From Trichosphaerium sp. ATCC 40318 (taxonomy: Eukaryota > Protista > Tubulinea): a DNA stretch of 64,000 nt. Location of the stretch: contig JALMLS010000042.1 of assembly GCA_038496445.1 (NCBI GenBank), positions 40,658 to 104,657 on the forward strand, written 5' to 3'. Positions within the stretch are counted from its first letter, which is position 1, and every line of letters starts with the position of its first letter. Made by a program: the position numbers and the translations under genes. The notes below the pieces were generated by a model, which did not search any database, was not told the origin of the DNA, and saw only the letters and a list, made by a program, of their open reading frames with translations. Shown in pieces: positions 50,909-64,000 of this stretch.

Positions 50909-52066
50909 ATGCAACTTGTCCTGATTGTTCTATCCTATGTCATAGTATTATCACGTGCTCAACTTTATCCAATACCGCCTGTCATCAAAAGCGCTCATTT
51001 TCAGTTTGTCGGTACATCTAGTAGTAATGGAGGGAGTAAAAATAATGGAACAATGGCATATTTAGCTTCATCTCCAGATAACTTCAAATTCGTAAGAACG
51101 TAAAAAAAAAAAAAAGGTGTCATAGTCGTTTTGATTTATCTTCCTTTGTATCTTTTACATGATTCTAATTTCTTCTTTAAGCTCTCTACTACTATAAATC
51201 CTGTCTCTAATATAGTAAGAAAAGGTATTGTTATTGAAACACCTTCAACAGTACGTCAAAAAAGTCCATCAAATGTAAATGGCTTTCCCATTTAGTAATT
51301 TAAACACTATTTTTATAAGTCAAGTTTTGAGCTTCTGTAGTTTGTTATGCTTTGAACCTCCGGACTTTTTTAGCAAAATTTTAGGAAGTAAACGCTGTAG
51401 AGTGCAATAAATTGTCAAATTTTTTTTTGCTTTTTTTTTCCACTTTTTGTCGCATTTGCACACGTGTACAAATACTCACAACTTTGAAAACATCTCTACG
51501 CTCTGCGCCATAGCACAAAATTCGAAAATAGTTGATGTTATCATGAATGTAAGTGGTTCTAACTTTTGTTACACAGAGAACTTCATACAACTTCGACTTA
51601 CCTCTAGGCAAATGCCAAACATCTACTGATTCCATACCGAATCCAACTGACCCAGTTTGTAACTGGTCTCAAGTACGCTATTTTCAATAATGTCTTAGCG
51701 TTATACACTTACTAATGACAGTATTAGACTGGAAGCGAGTGGCAGCGAACTTGCTCAGGCAACGGTGTTACAATCATTTCGAGTGTACTCCTTGACAACA
51801 AAGGAGATATCAGTTCTATTAACATGACAATAAACATACCTGGTAACACTGTAAATGTACTTTTCAGAGCAATAAAGACTCTTGCTCCGCCCACTGATGT
51901 AACCTTTGACGTACGTTTAAATAGCTAAGTATAGGGTGGCACTTTAATCGCAGTAGCCGGCTACTGGACTAAACCACCCCTTTAGTTGTAAATTTTAATC
52001 AGCCAAAGCAATCACGTGTTTTCTTATTACTTTCTGTAGTTACCATCTCGTTGCAAGCAGGTTTAA
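50909..52066 (+). CDS. Secreted protein, possibly ependymin-related fold
   Basis: Signal peptide, beta-rich exons, and C-terminal PPTDVTFDLPSRC. The fold call is weak. Confidence 0.5.
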
Positions 52067-52281
52067 CTATCGAGCGTTTTCAAACCTCTAACGAGCGCTT
52101 AAAATCCTGTATCGGTAGAGGCTTGTAATAAAGATTTTAACTAGCTACAACTTTGTATTTACCAGTTGTCTTTCTTAAGCTTAGCCTGTAGGCCTGTTTT
52201 GTTGGCAATTATACGAGCCGACAAGTTTTATTGGTTTTCTTTTATTTATGAATAGTTTTTGTTAACCATTACCCAGTTTGA

Positions 52282-54854
52282 CTAACTAAGTAATTTGAGC
52301 CCATTAAAGTACAGACTGAATAAAATCAAAAATAATCGTATCACACAAAAGCCTCCATCAACAAATGCTGATGACCTTGTAGTGCCTGGTGCATCTTCCT
52401 TTGGATTATCTGGTCTTGCTGGTATTAATCCAGTTGGAGTTGCTACTGGTTCCTCTAATGTTACTGGTTCCGCTGGAGCCACTGGGTCCACTGGAGTTAC
52501 TGGCGCTGTTGGTGGCATTGATTCCATTGGAGCTTGTGTTGTTGGTGCTGCTGGTGGTATTGATGCCGTTGGGGCTAGTGTTGTTGGTACTGTTGGTGGT
52601 ATTGATTCCATCGGAGCTGGTGTTGTTGGTGCTGGTGTTGTTGGCGCTGTTGTTATTGGTGCTGCTGTTGTTGGTGCTGGTGTTGTTGCTATTGGTTCCA
52701 TTGGCGGTACTGGTAGGGGACCATTGAACTTAAAGACAGTCATACCAATACCGAGCAAATAATCAACAAGAAACAAGTTTGTGGTATTAGTATTTAAATC
52801 AATAGAAATGAAGCCTCCTTGTAACACTCTAGATGCAATTAAAGTAGTTGCTGATATTGATGTTAAAGAACCTAAAACATGAAAGACCAAAATAAGTATG
52901 AGGTATTTTATGACAAAAAATCTTACCAATGGTTCCAGGTACTACAATAGTGTGTCCTAGTTCACAATTTCTAGATATAAAATCAGGATAAACCAACAAC
53001 TTGTTAGTGGAACCAAGGTAAAGAACACCATTGATAATATCCCCTGTTATATAAAGTAAATCAGCTTGACACTACATCTGTAAAAACACGTGCCTCCCAA
53101 ACCAAGATTGTCTCCTTCTATCCCACAAAATGGGGTTAACTTACAGGTTTCCAAATCAAACTCATGAATAGCTACAGCTCCCTTTAAAAATATTCTTCCA
53201 CTGTCTTTATCTATCATCAAACCATCAGTATTAACACCTGCAATACATTCTTTTTCCTGACAATGAAGGTGTAAGTGTTAACGCGATTAGAGGTTTCTGT
53301 ACAAGTTCACAGGTATTGAGATCAATGGAGAATATTTGGTGGTTGTCAACACGCATGTACAAGAGTCTATCATGTACAGCACTGTACTCCAATAATTCAA
53401 AAAAACTTGTACTAGGATTTGCAAATGGAACCTCACATACTATACTAGCATTAGTATAAATGGATAAATCGAAATGACATTTGTACATCCTACAACAACG
53501 GATATGTTTGAAATTAACCGATATTGAAATATATTACCGCTTTGCACAATTAGAGTATCAATCACACCTCCTTGTGGAGCTATTGTAGGTGGGAGTGTTG
53601 GTATTATCGGAGCAACAGGAGGTAATGTAGTATTATTTGGAGGTGGCAAAGTTCCTTCAAAAACCAGGGAAGAAAAGCCTCCCGGACGTCGCACAGGAAG
53701 CGTTGTTATTAAATCAGTTATTGTTGATGTTCCAATATCCAAAGAGATATATGTATTAAACTCCATACCAATGATTGTGTTATTTGATACTGCAGTAATA
53801 TCTAGACAACTATGTAAACAACACTATCTTGAATATAAAAACTATGTACCTCTTGGGTCTATATCTTCGTCTATAATTGTTTGATTAGTAACACAAGCCA
53901 TAGGACCTGTTAAAGGCGCTATGTCAATTGACCCAACGTTAGCAACGTATAATGTATCACCTATTATCTCCACTGTTAAAGTACAACTGGATTAGTCAAA
54001 CAACAAAATCAAAGTGGAATAGATTGTAAAAAAAAAAACGATAATCCAAATTTTTAGTTCGTCATTAATACTCTTCTCCGAAAAGTTTTTCCTTCCCTCA
54101 TAGTTTGTATAATGGGTTATAGCATGTAACTTAAGCATTCGCTGGTTGTTAACATGAACTATATAATCACAGTGGTGAAAAAAAAAGCAAGCTCAAAAAA
54201 AATGGATTATCGTCAATCTTCTTTATCGACCATCTAGGTCAACTCGAGAAAAAAAAATTAAAAAAAATAACGCACATCCACTAGTAGTAAGCGTGTAATC
54301 TAATTCACAATAGTATTCGAAAGAGCAATCCGTAGGATCAATCTGAGCAACTGCTTTTATTGTTGTCGACACTCCCCTCACTCCATATAATATTTGTGTC
54401 TCCTTATCAACGACAATGTGACCAAAGCCCGCCGAAATACAAGAATGCTAAAGAGGTAATAAACGTATAAACACAATATAAGGCTATCAATTGACTCAGG
54501 GTTTGTACCTTTACTTCACATGTGCGTGGATCTACTTGTAACAGGAATCCATTTGTTTTTACAAAAAGCGTATTCGTTGCTGGTAAATAAGACATTGAAA
54601 CGGCTGTATCAATGAGTTCTGGGCTGTCGCATGCTAAAGGCGTTTAGTCCGCATTGATACAGACAGAATTAAGCATTTTGGTGTTTTTGTACACTCAAGT
54701 GGTCCGTACTTTGCAGTATGATTGATGCGTCGTCTATTGATCGTATTTCAAACCCTATGGTACTGCTTGCAATTACATACGCATTATCTTCTTGTGAGAG
54801 CGTAACAGAGAGAAAAGTAGAGAGAGCTATCAAAAAGAACACTGTAGCTTTCAT
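52282..54854 (-). CDS. Cell-surface glycoprotein with P/T/A-rich mucin-like stalk and hydrophobic C-terminus (GPI/TM anchor)
   Basis: Signal peptide MKATVFFLIALSTFLSVTLS, repeated extracellular domains, TTPAP repeats at about 52430-52710, C-terminal hydrophobic segment. Confidence 0.75.
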
Positions 54855-55493
54855 TAATGCGTTTACTACAAAGGTGATAAAACTTTCCAGAAAAGGAAGG
54901 TGTTGACGATAATTTGTAGTTTATTTTAATGGTTTTCGCTTATTTACTAGTAAATACAAGGAGCTCTATATTTTCTGCTATAATATCACGGTGCATGTCC
55001 AAATGAAGGCGAAATTTTAAATACGTGAAATATGTCGGAAAATGTTTTTGGTTTTACCACTTTTCTACCCTCGCAAAATGTTGTTTGAGTGGTTTGGACC
55101 TGTTAACTTCCCTAGTACCTTCAATAAAGGCGTTGACAGCAGATTTCCAAAATGGTAAAAGAAGGTTCTTAATGCTGCCAGAATGATGAGACTTGACTGA
55201 ATTCTGTTCAAGCAACTCTGTAACACGAAATAAAAGTAAATGATAGAACAAAAAATATTTATACAAACAGCCTCACGGGTACTATCGATGTGCGCAAGAA
55301 AATAAGGGTGTTGAGTAAAAATGGGGCTAGGGTAAGTATTTTATTTTACTCTTTTGTACAATACCATAAAGCGGGGGAGCAAGAGAGAAATAAATGTCAA
55401 GTAGTTAAGAATTTTTCAATATTTTGGCTTTTTTCTTTTGTTGTTTTTTTGTTGTTGTTCACGTTTTGTTTCACGTGCGATTATTGTGTGGAC

Positions 55494-58259
55494 TTACAAG
55501 CCATGTTTGGATAAAACAGACTTGGTATTAGCTGGTGTACCAAATCCCCTAGAAGAAAGTTTAGTTAGGGACTTTTTGCAATGAGGTAAAAAACAAGATA
55601 AAAAAAACTTGGGTGGTTTAAGTTTATGCTTACTTAAATAACTTCGCATCTAAACTACCAAGCTTTGAAATTACTTCAGCCTTTAATGACGCATTCTTTG
55701 TAGCTGTTGCTTCAGCCTAAGAGGGAAAAATAAGTCAGAATAAAAGTACCAACCGAGGAAAACGAAATAAAAAATTTCGTTGAATTGTACCGCTGAACCA
55801 TCGAGTATAGCATCAAGTAACGCATTACGGTCTGCTGTAGATATTTCTGTTCCCTTTTTGTCCCTTCATAACGTTAGAGCGACACGGACGAGCTTTTTTT
55901 CGGGAAAGAGAAAAGAGCTATTTGATAACGTACTTAACAACGTTTACAACGTAGACTTGTGGTTTGTAGCTTGTAAGTAAGCTCTTGAATCGACTTTCAG
56001 CAACATCACCATAAGCAGTGGAAGAAGGATAGTAGTAAGGGGTATTGGAAGCAGGGTCTTTGTTTCCAGTGAATCCAACCTAGCAAGTTTGTTAAGTTAA
56101 CGGTCTACGCGCGAAAGCCAAACCTTAAACATCTTTTCGGCTTGAGCTTGGTCGATCCTAGATACAAGAGGAAATGCGCCAGTAGTATCACGCAACATTA
56201 TAACAACTGATTTAGGGTGCTCTACAAAACTTGCTTCGCCTGAAACAACAAGTAAGTACAATTTTTCAACGCAAAAGAGCAGTACCATCTGGTAGAGGAG
56301 TTGTGATAAAAGTGCCTTGAGGATTGTTCTCTACAAAATCTCTATATCAAACGTTAGAAGCGTAATGCCACTAAAAACGGTAATCATACCCTCGTTTGCG
56401 TGGAGCCTCAGCATCTGAATGTGTAACACTGGCGTATGAACGGTAAACGCCTTCGTGTTTCCAAATTGCACCGCTTGCGCCGTACATATCACCTCTTGGT
56501 GCCTATTGATGAGTTACAACCACAAACGCGTAACAAAAAATCGTCGTACTTGTTGAAGCATCACTTGAGATGGATCAATAACAAGTGATGATACACCGTT
56601 TTTCACAAAAGTATGTGCGTGTAGAGGAAGAGCATCCTTTTCAAAGTACAAATAGTGGAAAGTTTGTAGAGTATCCAAACAGTGTTTAATTGAAGCTGTA
56701 GATTGAGAAGCACCAAGAAGAACGATTCCTAAGTGATATTAGACCCTGCTAAATAGAAACTACAAAAATTGTTTATACGCACTCTTATCAGGGTTGATAA
56801 CATGGAAAGGACCATTCTTAATACCAATGGACTCTAAAAAAGAAATTTAAGATACAGGCAAGTTGGAACAAATTCAAAGTAAAGGGCATGTACCTGGTGT
56901 TTGGTCACGCTCAACCAATGGGTTTTCTGATTTGTAGTTATGAGATATGTAAACGATCCAATCAGATGACCAAAGTTGAACACCACCATAACTAACCAAA
57001 CGTTAGTCACAAACAATGTTGTCGAAAATGTTTTTTGGAGAATCTATACGCTACTCGCTTTGTACGCGTAAATACCAATGTAGACGCGTGGACGAATTTT
57101 TTCGAGTAGATACAAGTAATTACACTACTTTCAAATCGATAGCGTTGAAAAATCAAAAGTCGCTACAGCAACCACAATGAATCTCTAATACGTACCCTGA
57201 TAATCTTGATGAACATAATAAATGCCTACGGTTGATTTAGCGCTTATCAAACAAAATAACTTTATACCTCAAGTACAAAGCGTGATTTCCGCTTTCCATT
57301 AGTGTACGAGTCCTCATTTCAGCAGCGCGATTTGAACCTACAGCTGCATCATGCATGAATTTATGAGGGATATCTTGATCTGACATCCAGTCTGTTTGCT
57401 ACAGACAACAATTAGACCAACAAACGAGATGGAGTTAAATAAACAAATTATTGACATATTTTCGTTAGAATTTGCTTTAAGGGTTCCACAAATACGTACA
57501 GCCTTAGCCAAGAAGCGAAATTGTTTCTTATCAATAGATTCAACGCCATCAGGTACAGAGTATTGATCTGTGTCAACAAAATACCTTGATTTTTCATCAG
57601 TCTCTTTTTTTTCGAAGATCAAACGCTAAAAACTTACACTTTATGATCAATAGGTGAATCAGCAGCGTCAGTGTGAATAGCTTTATATTTATCTAGATTT
57701 GAGCGTTACCAAACAAAGCCTACACGTGAGTTCTCCATTTTCTTACCAGCTACACCCTCTGCAAGCATCAATAAATGGCGAAAATGTGGATTTCTGTACG
57801 TTGTACCATCTATTTTGCGACAAAGTAAGTAAAATGAGTTGTATAGGTTTGTTTCACTCTATTTTTGTGTGTTTCGGTACTCTAGATTACGTACAGGCGG
57901 AAGGTGCGACTTGGTATCGTGCCATTGTGAAATTAACTGCTGGATATCTTCCGAATGAATTTTGAGGAAAGACAACAACATGTTGCTCTCCTTCAAAGTC
58001 TATCTGCTTCTATACGAACTGGTTAACTTTTATTGTTTGTTTGCCGCCCAGCGTACAAAATCTCTTTTATTTCTGCTAATTCTGGCTTCTTGGAGCTGGG
58101 TTAACGCTCTGGTGGGTGTTTGCACTCGAATAGTCTATCTTTTGTTAATTAAGTGTTTTCGTTACCTACACTCACTTGTTTCGAAGCTACAATGGCATTT
58201 TTACCCTTTGTTTTTTGCACGATTTTTGCCTGTCCGTGCCAAATTGACCTTGAAAGCAT
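55494..58259 (-). CDS. Mitochondrion-targeted PEP carboxykinase (ATP)-like protein lacking catalytic motifs
   Basis: Presequence MLSRSIWHG. Segments FMHDAAVGS..RTRTLMESGNHALY, HPKSVVIMLRDTTGAFPLVSRI, YVVNV and RNALLDAILDGS follow PEPCK order. No GxSGxGKT motif. Confidence 0.7.
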
Positions 58260-58413
58260 AGTAGAGAGGACAGGTGCGGTGTAAGAAGCGTTTTAAGACC
58301 TACTGCCAGATGAGACTCGTTTTGACCAAGTCAAAGCGTAGAAGTTGTGAAAAAAACTTGTAAAGTACACCAACACTCGTTAAGTAACCAGAGACGAAGT
58401 GAATACAGCCCAA
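58260..58413. promoter_or_regulatory. Probable bidirectional promoter
   Basis: Only 154 bp separate the divergent ATGs at 58259 (-) and 58414 (+). Confidence 0.5.
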
Positions 58414-61400
58414 ATGTCTCACAGAAGAGGTACGCAGAAAAAAACGCGCAATGTCAAAGCAAACAGTTGTATATGCTTGTATAATTCGCGAAACGCTGTG
58501 CAAATGTTGAGAAATTTTTATTACCTTTTTGTTTTTTGGCAAATTCGCTGTGGCTCAGCTTGCGTTACAGGAAAGCGCCCATCAAAGCGCAAGCGCCCTG
58601 TGGCGGCAGAAACTTCCTCCAGTGCCGCAAGCGAATCAACAAAAGGCCCAAGTATGATGGGAGGCGTAGATTTATTCGATGGTATGCTCCAATATATGCT
58701 AAACGAGCCTAATACACATTTCAGTCGATGCTGCTGACAGCTCCATTCAAAAGGAAGCAAACGCCACCACTGGTATTGAAGATGATCTAGAAAACATTAG
58801 GAAGCGCAAATTAGGCAAATTAAACAAAATTGACATTGAAGCTATGGGCTTTAAGGATATTTCAGAGCTAGAAGATCTACTATACGATTCTGAGGACTCT
58901 GAAAATGAGGTACACGAAATGAATATACTTTGACAAGTCAATTAGCCAGAAAGAGTTTTTCTTTGTTTTTTGCGTTTGTTTTATTTTAATGCCTTTAGCG
59001 TACTCTCACTACAATCGGTAATGTACCACTTGAGTGGTATGATGATTACGAGCATCTTGGTTATGATCTTGATGGTAATCCAGTCAAAAAACCTAAACAG
59101 TATGATGAAATTGATAAATGGGTTACAAGACACGAAACACCGACATCTTGGTACGTGACATATCCTCGCATTTTCTATTTCTTTCTTTTTTTTTTCTGAA
59201 AATAGATGTCTAACAGCTTGTTTCAGGCGTGTTGTTTTCGATGAGAAAACTGGTAAGAAGATTGTCCTATCCGCAAGAGATCTTAAAATTATACAACAAA
59301 TACGTAAGGGAGAGGAACCTGCACGATATGCGTCAGAGAATGTGCGTAGAACTTTTTTTTTTGTTTAGTTCTGTTTTTGACTGTATTATTAGTGGTTTGT
59401 TGAGTTTACAGAACATAAAGATGATACACATGCTGTAACTAACCGACCACCTACAAAATCAAGCTTCTTGCCTTCGAAATGGGAGAAACAGAAGGTACTA
59501 CTTCTTCAGTAAACCGATGAGATATTAATACTTTTGTTTAGATACAAGAACTGATGGTCAAGATGCGCAAAGGGTTTATTAAATTTGATCCTGAAAAGTT
59601 GAAACCAAAGACAGATGATGGCATGCTTGAAGATCCTCTTATTTCTCAACAGTTTTATGATATGTGGGGAGATGAGGAGGATACTAAAGATCCTCTTAAC
59701 AGATTACTGGCGCCAAAAGAGCGTCCACCACGTGCGTTTAATTTTAATCGTTTTGTTTTCTTTTGTTTCACCAAATCTTCATTTGTCGCTGTTCTTTTTC
59801 CCTACGAAAGCGTAAATACCCTTTGCATTCTGTTTCAGTACAAAAGGGATTTACTTGGAGTGGGTTCGACGTTGACCAACCTTGTGTTCTTTGAACTTCA
59901 GAATTTTTTTGGTTTTTTTTCTAAATTCCTTTATTAGAGAATGAAGAGTCATACAATCCACCTAAAGAATATCTATGGGATGAAAGAGAAGAGAATAATT
60001 ATGATAAAACACCAAAAGAACTACGTAAACAATACTGGAAGCCTAAATCATACGGCAAACTCCTTGATGTTCCGGCATACCAGCACTTTTTCAAAGAGCG
60101 TATGGATAGATGCCTTGATCTATACATGTGTAGACGTCTACCTAAACCAAAGGTAATTATTTCTCACATTCTTCATTGTGAAGCCATTCTTTGAAAAAAC
60201 CAAGAAGTTTCTAGACCGTAATTAACACGTGTTTTGTTTAGAAAACAAAACGAAAAAACAGGGATGATATTCCTCCTATGCCAAAACCAGAAGAACTCAG
60301 ACCTTTCCCAGAAAAAGAACGTATACGTTATATTGGTCATGAAGGTGGTGTTCGATCTATTAGCGTTTATCCAAGTGGACAATGGATGCTCTCAGGTTAG
60401 TTTCTAAAACAAAAACAAATCACATTTTTTTTTTTTTTTTTGACATATTTGTTTTATAGGTTCTGACGATAAAACTGTTCGTCTTTGGGAAGTACAAACA
60501 GGTCGTTGTCAAAACAAATGGCAATTTGACTCTATTATACATCAAGTATCTTGGAATCCAAATCCTGACTACTGTTGTTTCTGTGTTGTTACGTAAGTGA
60601 TTGTTTTTGTTGACGTCTTTTGGTTTCTTTTCTTGCTTTTTTTTTCTGAACAATTTTTTTACTGCCTCGCTTGGTTTTTGACGATACGTTGGTAGTGATA
60701 AATGTGTGTACTTTGTTGTACCAGATATTGGTTCAGAAGAACAAACAGCCTACACAAAAGCTCTATTTGGTGAAGATAGAGAAACTATTATACAAGATAA
60801 GATGCTATCAAAGGTACAATGGCATTACCCTACAGAAGAGGAGAGGGAACATAAAATCGCTTCTAAGATCACCTTTGCCTACGTTGTACGTACAGCCATA
60901 CTCTATTGCTGTTTTAGGCTCTAACTAATGCAATGTATAGAAAGCAAGCGTAAAACATATGACTTGGCACTCCCGCGGTGACTACATGGCGACTGTAGCT
61001 CCTCAAGGTATGTTTATCTTTAGCTTACGTATTCGCTATCTTACGCGTCCGATTAGCTACTGCTACAGCCGTATTGTTTCATCGTATAACAAAGAGACAA
61101 ACACAAGCACCATTTAAAAAGAATAAGGGTACGTTTGTTATTCAGGAACGCTTACAGGCGATACACAGTGTGGCCTGTTGTTAAGGCAATCTATTGACAT
61201 TTTCTTCTTTTTGTAGGTTACATTACTGCTGTAAAATTTCATCCATTCAAGCCTTGGTTGTATCTATGCTCTAAGCAATATTGTCGTGTTTATGACTTAA
61301 AAACACGTAATCTGAAATACAAAATTACTGGTAATTTTGAATTCATTTCGTCAATTGATGTTCATCCAAAGGGTACGTGCTAGTGGTTTGAAGCTTTCTT

Positions 61401-61940
61401 TTATAACTCGTGGTTCGCTAACTGAACAAAACAGGAGATAATTGTATCATTGGTACCTACGAGAAGCGTTTACACTGGTATGATCACGATCTATCGTCCG
61501 AAGCTCCTTGGAAGAGAATAAAGTACGTTTTTTTTTCCAATTTCTCACAACTCGATGCGACACATTTCACTTTCTTTTTTTCTCCGTTTTTGTTGATGGA
61601 ATGGCTGATTGCTTTTGTTTCTAGGTATCATAAAGACTCATTGCGTAAAGTTGTATTTCACCCAATGTATCCTCTTTTCGCTTCCTGTGCAGACGATGGA
61701 CAGATTCACGTATACCATGGAATGGTGTACGATGATTTAACGAAGAATGCTTTGATTGTTCCATTGAAAATATTACGCGGTCACCAACGCGTAGACGGAT
61801 ATGGTACGTATTTACTTACGGGTACGGTGACATGGCTAACGTGGTTTTTTCTCGTAGGAATTTTAGACATCGCTTTTTACCCTGGACAACCATGGCTATT
61901 TAGTGCTGGCGCTGATTCAACAATACGATTGTGGGTATAA
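58414..61940 (+). CDS. BOP1: Ribosome biogenesis protein BOP1/ERB1
   Basis: TIGNVPLEWYDDYEHLGYDLDG, FLPSKWEK, ESYNPPKEY, ERMDRCLDLY, PKPEELRPFP, WD40 repeats, ALIVPLKIL, QPWLFSAGAD. Confidence 0.95.
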
Positions 61941-63036
61941 GAACGAATAAAAAATAAAAAAAAGCGGCGAGAGCAGTTTTGTAAAGTGATCAGTGTTTTT
62001 GTTGTTTTTTTGTTTGTGTATGGTATTTTTAATGTTTCTATTGCATTACGTACATTTATTGTATCTTTAACACGTGATTAAAATAAAAATGGTTTTAAAC
62101 CAAATCTAGTACCTAAACTCCGTCAAATAAAATACTTCCAGCTACGTCCTACTCGAAAACAGTCTTACTATCTTCTTTTTCCCGGATTTACGAGATCTGT
62201 TTTCGATAGTCTCAATAAGCGGTATATTGGCGTCCGACTCAAAAATACACACCAATACTACTCAAAACAGAGTGCTACACTAATAAACGACAGATTTGCC
62301 CGACAAATCCGAGTTCCCCAATTTTTTTTTTCAAATCCGTTAACAGTCGTTTTTTTTATCTGTGAAATATCGACCGTGCGTATTTATACAATACGAATTG
62401 TCTTTCGTGGCTTTTTGTGAGTTTCTCCATTGGGAGGTTTTTCTTCCAAATCGTTTTATGCCCGTACCACCCACTCCACAATAAACACGCACGCGTATAA
62501 AAACGAATAAACGACTTTCTAGCATAAGTTATTACAGCTGACATTACAACAGGTTGTGCGCTTTTGCCAATGCCAAAACAGTCTTAAAAACGGTTGGTGT
62601 AAGCAGCAGCAAGGTAGTTTATTCTTCGGCGTACACAAGTTTTTGATGTTCCTGTAACAAAAAAAGCTTCCTTTCGCAGTTTTACTACAAAGTACACCCT
62701 ATGTATACGCTAGTTGGCTTGTATATATCCTCTCATGCTATAGCAATTGTTGTATATGATCAAAGAGCCATTCTGGGCCCAAGAATGCTTTGACAGCGAC
62801 CGTTTTTCCCGAGACAGAAGTAGTTTATAATCAAAAGAGTTTTAAACAGGATAGTAACCCATCTCCACGCGTCACAAGTGTACCAGTGGTAGTGAAATAA
62901 AAAACACCCATACAACACAAATAAAAAAGCCTATTGTTGGCGTATCACGTGTCACGTGAACCAAGCGGTACTAACGAACAGTGGAAAAAATCATTAAAGC
63001 AAAGTTGTTTTATTATTAATGAAACAAAGTATTGTA

Positions 63037-63483
63037 CTAACAACGGTTGTTTTCAACGTCCCCTGTGCTATGATATACAAAGACAAACCTTCTCCAATGT
63101 ACGAAAACGTCCATAGCTGGCGCTGGATTGTGAAATAGCTTTGTTCTGACTTCCTTTTGTGGTTCGCACTCGAATGTTGTTAATGTTTCCAAACCTATGG
63201 CTCTACCGTTGTAATGGCTGTTCTTGTATCTCATTACTTGCGGGTTCCTCACGTTGTACCTTTTTTTGCTCACTAACAATTTTGGATTAGTAAAATAAAG
63301 AGCAAAATGGGGCTGTGTACCTGCTGATCGGTGGTAAGTGAGCTGATAGCGCTCTGTCTCATGGACAAACTCGACGGCTGGCTTGAATATCCACGGGCGC
63401 TTTACTCTCGAGGTTCTAGTGTTTTTTATGGCGAATTGATTTGCACGTGCAGATGCAGAAGAGAGGTTATGGGATGTAAACAT
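63037..63483 (-). CDS. Hypothetical 148-aa protein
   Basis: ATG-initiated uninterrupted ORF preceded by an A-rich leader. No recognised motif. Confidence 0.4.
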   Translation of the reverse strand: MFTSHNLSSASARANQFAIKNTRTSRVKRPWIFKPAVEFVHETERYQLTYHRSAGTQPHFALYFTNPKLLVSKKRYNVRNPQVMRYKNSHYNGRAIGLETLTTFECEPQKEVRTKLFHNPAPAMDVFVHWRRFVFVYHSTGDVENNRC

Positions 63484-64000
63484 TTTCTTTCTTGTTGTTG
63501 CTGTAGTTTGTGCTTGAATTTTATGGATAGAAAGGCCAATAATTTTGATAAAATAATCTTTTTAATGCACATACATGACATTTTGATTTATTTTCTTTGG
63601 CGTCTTTTTTATTCTATAAGGGGCATAGTTGCAGTTGTAGGGACAAGAAACTTACGAGGATATGTTCACTGTTATAAACCGTATCCGTTAAAGCAAAATA
63701 ATAGGCTTACTTTGTAGGTGAGCGTCCTGTTCATCGTTGTGTTTGAAACTTTTTTTTTCTGCAAAAAATTAAACATTCATCTCCTAGAAAGTGACGCCCG
63801 GAAAAAAAAGTTTACCCACTCCAATCTCCGTATAAAAGCTTAGATAGTACAATGTTAACTGTATTTTACCTTTTGGAAATAAACCGAAATAGTCGTTTCA
63901 GTGTGAACACAAAAAAGATGAAATTTCAATATTTTTGTTCAAAAAAAAAATTCTATTAGTTTTCATGTACGTCATGATGTGCTAACAAATTCCTTACAGA

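Noticed and set aside
52295-52762. Plus-strand Gly/Val-rich and Leu-rich ORFs
   Set aside because: These are antisense shadows of the mucin-like repeat exon.
1-64000. Stop-codon reassignment to explain fragmented ORFs
   Set aside because: The interruptions are explained by GT-AG introns, and TAA, TAG and TGA all terminate well-supported genes.

Overview
AT-rich nuclear DNA from a microbial eukaryote. It is probably an amoebozoan, inferred from RasG-like Ras genes and the gene content. Genes use the standard code and most carry many short GT-AG introns, so the ORF track fragments them. About 25 genes were read by manual splicing: a STRA6-like membrane protein, an ABCB half-transporter, an SGNH esterase, homeobox, PH+C1, WD40, spherulin-4, SMI1/KNR4, two F-box/LRR, a GREB1/TAGT-like glycosyltransferase, BTB, three F-box-like/MORN-variant genes, arylsulfatase, two Ras, three atypical Rabs, an F-box-Ras fusion, surface proteins, a mitochondrial PEPCK-like pseudoenzyme and BOP1. 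The 22-50 kb interval is a dynamic accessory zone with duplications, intron-poor genes and several non-autonomous DNA transposons, some nested. The most unusual signal is a circularly permuted tRNA-Glu(CTC) at 9725-9807 (minus strand): 3' half, 12-nt spacer, then 5' half, broken at position 41/42. Its 5' half plus a structured 92-nt tail recurs as a discrete unit at 29459-29590. Other highlights are a candidate base-J-type/GREB1-family glycosyltransferase, N-myristoylation-type Rabs lacking prenylation cysteines, and a three-element transposon nest. Family assignments come from remembered motifs, not database searches, and many gene starts are approximate.
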